Source: Girardia tigrina
Lineage: Eukaryota
Direction of reading: 5' to 3'
Length of the DNA stretch: 53,045 nt
Assembly: GCA_001938485.1 (NCBI GenBank)
Contig: MQRK01249798.1
Span: forward strand, 1 to 53,045
Part shown: positions 48,983 through 53,045 of the stretch, in pieces
Layout: the number at the start of each line of letters is the position of its first letter
Numbering within the stretch: position 1 is the stretch's first letter
The notes under the pieces: generated by a model
What the model was told of the DNA's origin: nothing
Databases searched by the model: none
The model's input: only the letters and a program-made list of their open reading frames with translations
Position numbers and translations under genes: made by a program

Positions 48983-49054
48983 AAAATATCGTTCAAAAAA
49001 CGATGTTCTTGAAAAGAAAAAATCGATAGAAATAAATGAAGAAATCCACTGTGA

Positions 49055-49068
49055 TATAATTGGTTATA
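49055..49068 (-). promoter_or_regulatory. Candidate GPCR promoter element TATAACCAATTATA
   Basis: Identical to 7200-7213, in the same orientation and at nearly the same spacing relative to the ATG. Confidence 0.6.
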
Positions 49069-50252
49069 GAAGTATTAATTACAATTATTAACAAAAGAAT
49101 TTCTGTGAAAAATTATTTATTATTTTCCTTAAATGAAAATTATTGAGTTCTTGATCAAAAGACGTTGTCATTAACACAAAATTTTATTTCTACAACAATT
49201 TGAGTTTTGTAAACAAATATTTTCGACGAACTTTTGCACTTACTTTTTACGCAAACCATTATAAATAAGAATTGATATAAATATTAATATGGTTATTGTA
49301 TTTTTTACGAATTAAAATTCTATACTTTTTTTTAAAAAATTATAATGTGAATTAAAATTTTGTCACAAAGATTTTGTTGCGTCTTTTATTAAATTTCAAT
49401 TTTATTGTACATTTAAATTTACCTGTTTCTCAATTAAATTTCCCAATTCTATACAATAGCATTTTTCATTTCGTTTTCATAAAAAATTGCTTTAGATTTA
49501 GTAAAATAATGTTTTGAAAATAGAATTTAAAATCACAATTTCGTTTAATTTAACAACTTTTAAATTACCCCTTTTTTACATAAAAAATAAAATTCTATTT
49601 CCATTAATGATTACGTTTTCCAAAATAAAATTAAAATCGCATTTTCATTTAAGTCGATTTAATTGTTTTACAATGATATTTTTTGATTCCAATTACAACT
49701 TACAAAAAAATTATAATTACATTTTTAATTTACTTCGATTTAATCGTGTAAAATAAAGTTACGAAAAAAAATAGTTTAGTTTATTTTCATTTTGCGATTA
49801 AAATATTAAATTTTATATTACTTTTGATTTTATTTCAATTAAATATTTTCATCAAAATTGAAATTAACTTTTTTACTTTATAATAAATCTTTGCATAAAT
49901 CTTTTAATAAACCTGCCGTAAAATTTATTTTATTTCTTACATAAATTAATTTTTACATTAAATTTCTGAAAATTTTATTTTAACATATATTACAATATTT
50001 TACGGAATTTATTTGTTTAATTATTACTTTGATCAGATTGTAAATTCAAAAATTTTATGAACTCAACAACGCTCCCAACAATAATAAAAAACAATTTCAT
50101 TTATGACAGGAATTTTTTTTTGTTTTTAAAAATTAATCGCTTTTTACAACACTTATTTAATCTCACTTCGTCAGTTGGTTTGTGTGTGTGCTACAAATCT
50201 TGCAAACGATTTTTTACTTTCTGATTGAGGTACAATTTTGCACATTTGCTTA

Positions 50253-50281
50253 AAGGGCTCATTCATTTAATACGTAACGTG
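50253..50281 (+). mobile_element. Zator-like terminal sequence
   Basis: AGGGCTCATTCATTTAATACGTAACG resembles the 13302 terminus. Confidence 0.5.
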
Positions 50282-50793
50282 AAATGTAAAGTGTAAATCA
50301 TTACTTTTCTATATAATTATTTACATAAACTTATATATATTTCATTTATATATACATATAAATTTATTAATATATAATGAATATTATTTATTATAGTAGT
50401 TTAAAACAAGGAATTAAAAAAATCAATAAATTATTATAATTATTTACCACGAATTTATTGTCGAGATTTCTTGTCCTGACTTATTAATACAATTTTGATT
50501 ATATCTTCCCAGGACATCAATCATCAGTTTTCCAAAATAAATTCTAATTGACAGTCCCATCAAGTCAGAAGACCATTGAATGTTTGTCTCAAAAATTTCT
50601 ACCACAATCAAGTTACAATTTCGTCTATCAGCTTTCCTACTTAAAACTTTGAAGAGATTCGATAACTTAGATTCGAAGATCCAGATAAAATTAATTCAAT
50701 CCGTAAGTCAATTTCTGTGTCAACCAAATAATTCAAAGATCAAAACGTCGAATAACCCGTCCATTCAATTTTATTCTATACTGACTGATTCAC

Positions 50794-50846
50794 GGGTCTA
50801 CGACAAAACGCCGCGAACAAAAACGCCGCGTACAAAAACTTTCCGA
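50794..50846. mobile_element. MULE-like terminus with tandem subrepeats
   Basis: GGGTCTACGACAAAACGCCGCG / ACAAAAACGCCGCG / ACAAAAAC. Confidence 0.5.
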
Positions 50847-50849
50847 TAA

Positions 50850-51126
50850 TTAATGATCTCCTGCAGGTCCTGAATAAGAGATGATGGTCTTTTAAAAACC
50901 TTCCGGAGTCTGTCCGCAAAACTTATAATTTTATTATCGACGTTTTTGTAGGTAACCAGCAAATCCCGATGCAAAAAAAGCTTTTACCACAATCGGCTGT
51001 ATTGTTTCACTGATTTGCGAAACTTCAAAAAATCTCTGACACTCTGCGATGAATTCCTCCACATCGCTATTTCCGTCAAAGATCTGCGGCGCCAGGTTGT
51101 TGAGGATACTTGGCCTGGTCGCCATG
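50850..51126 (-). mobile_element. Gypsy gag N-terminal remnant
   Basis: APQIFDGNSDVEEFIAECQRFFEV. Confidence 0.7.
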
Positions 51127-51319
51127 TAAGAATGTTCCATTTCTAACAAAAACAAAATCCGATTATCAAAATTTATTTAAATTCAAAAATTGATCAATTC
51201 TGATTATTTAAACAAATCAAGAATTTCATAAAATTAAACTGGATCCTTATAATAATTTATAATATAAATATGAAATATGATTATTTACTATAAATATCAA
51301 TATAACAAATTAATTATCT

Positions 51320-52114
51320 TCACAGGCCCAATGACACATTTCCATCTGCGGTGCAAGCCTCGACGATAATTTGTGTTTTTGGAATACTTTGATGAATTAA
51401 ATCATATACAGACCACAGAAAAAGTGAAAATAATTGAGGTGATCTAATTACAGTACCATTATGAAGATGTCTTCTAACTCTTCCATGTACATAATTTTCG
51501 TCAAACCATCTCATAAACTCATTTGCATCACGGTAAATATGAAGCTTTAACACTTTAAATGCTTTAGATATTTCTGAAGGTTGGATAAATGCAAAGGCGT
51601 AAAGTTCTTTGACATTGAGACTGAAACTTTCATTAGATTCATATTTAGAAGCTTATACGTTACTTAAAATTTTTCTCCATAAGCATTGAACGAAATGAAA
51701 GAAACATATTTTATTTTGAGCTTTTGAAAATTCAACTTTCACTGAATTTATTGCCGCAAGTTCTAGATCTGTCATAATCACAGATGAGTTTAGATTAATT
51801 TCATTTTCTCCTTCAGTCTATTTAATCTCCAAACATCCGTTTATAGTTATTTTCTCTTTTGTTTGTTATTAACGAATATTTCAATGGTAACACTCTCAAA
51901 TTTTAATTGCCTACAGGACCATGATAAAATGCATTCGGAACAGTTTAAAAGTACCGTCTATAATCCAGTAGGATGCCGATGACAGTCGAGTTATGTTTTC
52001 GAATTTTTGAATTTTAAATTTGTATTATCATTAAAACATTTATTTCTATTTCTATTTTTTCTGTCGATGTTTCGGCAGTCAGTGTTTTGGCTGTCGATGT
52101 TCTTTGATACACCC
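51320..52114 (-). mobile_element. Mutator/MULE transposase remnant with terminus
   Basis: WIIDGTFK, IMTDLELAAINSV, CFFHFVQCLWRKI, WFDENYV and PKTQIIVEA; terminus GGGTGTATC with tandem ACATCGACAG units. Confidence 0.88.
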
Positions 52115-52269
52115 AGACTATACTTATGTGCTTTCAAGACAAGTGGGACGGTGATAAAGTAATTTGAATGGTTGTTAAATACTTTGTAGTAGATTATGGG
52201 AGTTAGAATATAATCTTTTACCTGCATCTTTAATATGATTATTTAGAAAGTGTGTATGTTACTCAATAA

Positions 52270-52340
52270 GGACCTCTCTCTTACCCCTGTAACGCTTCGT
52301 AACGAAGACGTGACTGCCTTCCCTTGCTCGTTACATAATT
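52270..52340 (-). mobile_element. Zator-like subterminal remnant
   Basis: CCCCTGTAACGCTTCGTAACG...CGTTACATAATT. Confidence 0.4.
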
Positions 52341-53045
52341 TAATCCTGATGACAACACATGAATCAATTGAAATATTTACTAACTGATTTATTAATAATT
52401 CGTGTTTTGGAAAAAACGATTACAATTATCCACTTGTTTTTTGAAAACGAAATTAATGTTTCAAGATGATTATATTAGTTTTTAGTTATCGAACTAATAG
52501 AATAGAACTGCCGAAAGTTATGAGCATTTCCTTGTAAAGTACAGGCATACCTCGTTTAGCGCTCATATTGCGTTCCTGAAAATTGAGCGTTTACAGAAAC
52601 AGCGTTAAAAGAGGTGGAGGGGAATCCGTGTCTCCACGTTATTTTTGAAAGGAGACGGTAATAATCGCCTTTCATTTTTAAGAACACTTTAATGAGCGGA
52701 ATTCCATCTCGTTTACGCAATTTAAATTTACAAAGGTCTTCACTAACACATACAGTCTTAGTATCACTGGAAATTGTTAAATCAGTTTTTACGGAATTAT
52801 TTTGGTCATTAGAATCTTTTGTATTCTCAGAATCTTCACAACATGCAATAATATCGATATTTGGTAGATTATTTTGTTTACGATAATTACAGTTTTCAAA
52901 ATCATTATTAAGTAATTCAATACAATCGGCTCCGACATTAGATTCCAAATCTGCGATTAGAACCAAAACATTAAGCATGTACCTTCGTGATTCAGAACCA
53001 AAAAGTCTATCATATAGATTTAAAGGTGAATTTTTTAAATCAAAT

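Noticed and set aside
50500-50730. Retroviral aspartic protease remnant (LVDTE...EFILEN) on the minus strand
   Set aside because: Too degraded: the catalytic DTG is not intact and there are several stops.

Overview
This is an AT-rich, transposon-saturated metazoan scaffold with (AT)n-bordered N gaps. It is most likely from a triclad flatworm/planarian, which is an inference from composition and from the GPCR and TE types. Only four long intact ORFs are present: two paralogous intronless rhodopsin-like GPCRs (7282-8235 +, 48026-48982 -), a divergent intronless importin-alpha-like ARM protein (34387-35835 -), and a Boule/DAZ-family RRM ORF (8674-10149 -). The standout is the Boule ORF. It lies inside a complete 2031-bp non-autonomous LTR retroelement (8472-10502) with 167-bp TG...CA LTRs differing at 2 sites, an AGAAC 5-bp TSD, a tRNA-Leu-like PBS and a PPT. 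It is fused in frame to a Gypsy integrase GPY-motif tail, so this looks like a young retroelement whose cargo is a captured germline regulator. Other notable structures are a 14-bp motif conserved upstream of both GPCRs, a cluster of minimal hammerhead-ribozyme motifs (35.9-39.3 kb), and a recurrent TGTGAGG-terminus plus Cys-rich micro-ORF module. The remainder is decayed Penelope, Gypsy, Zator, pogo, mariner, Tc1/IS630, hAT, piggyBac and MULE sequence. All calls come from motif reading by eye; no searches were run.
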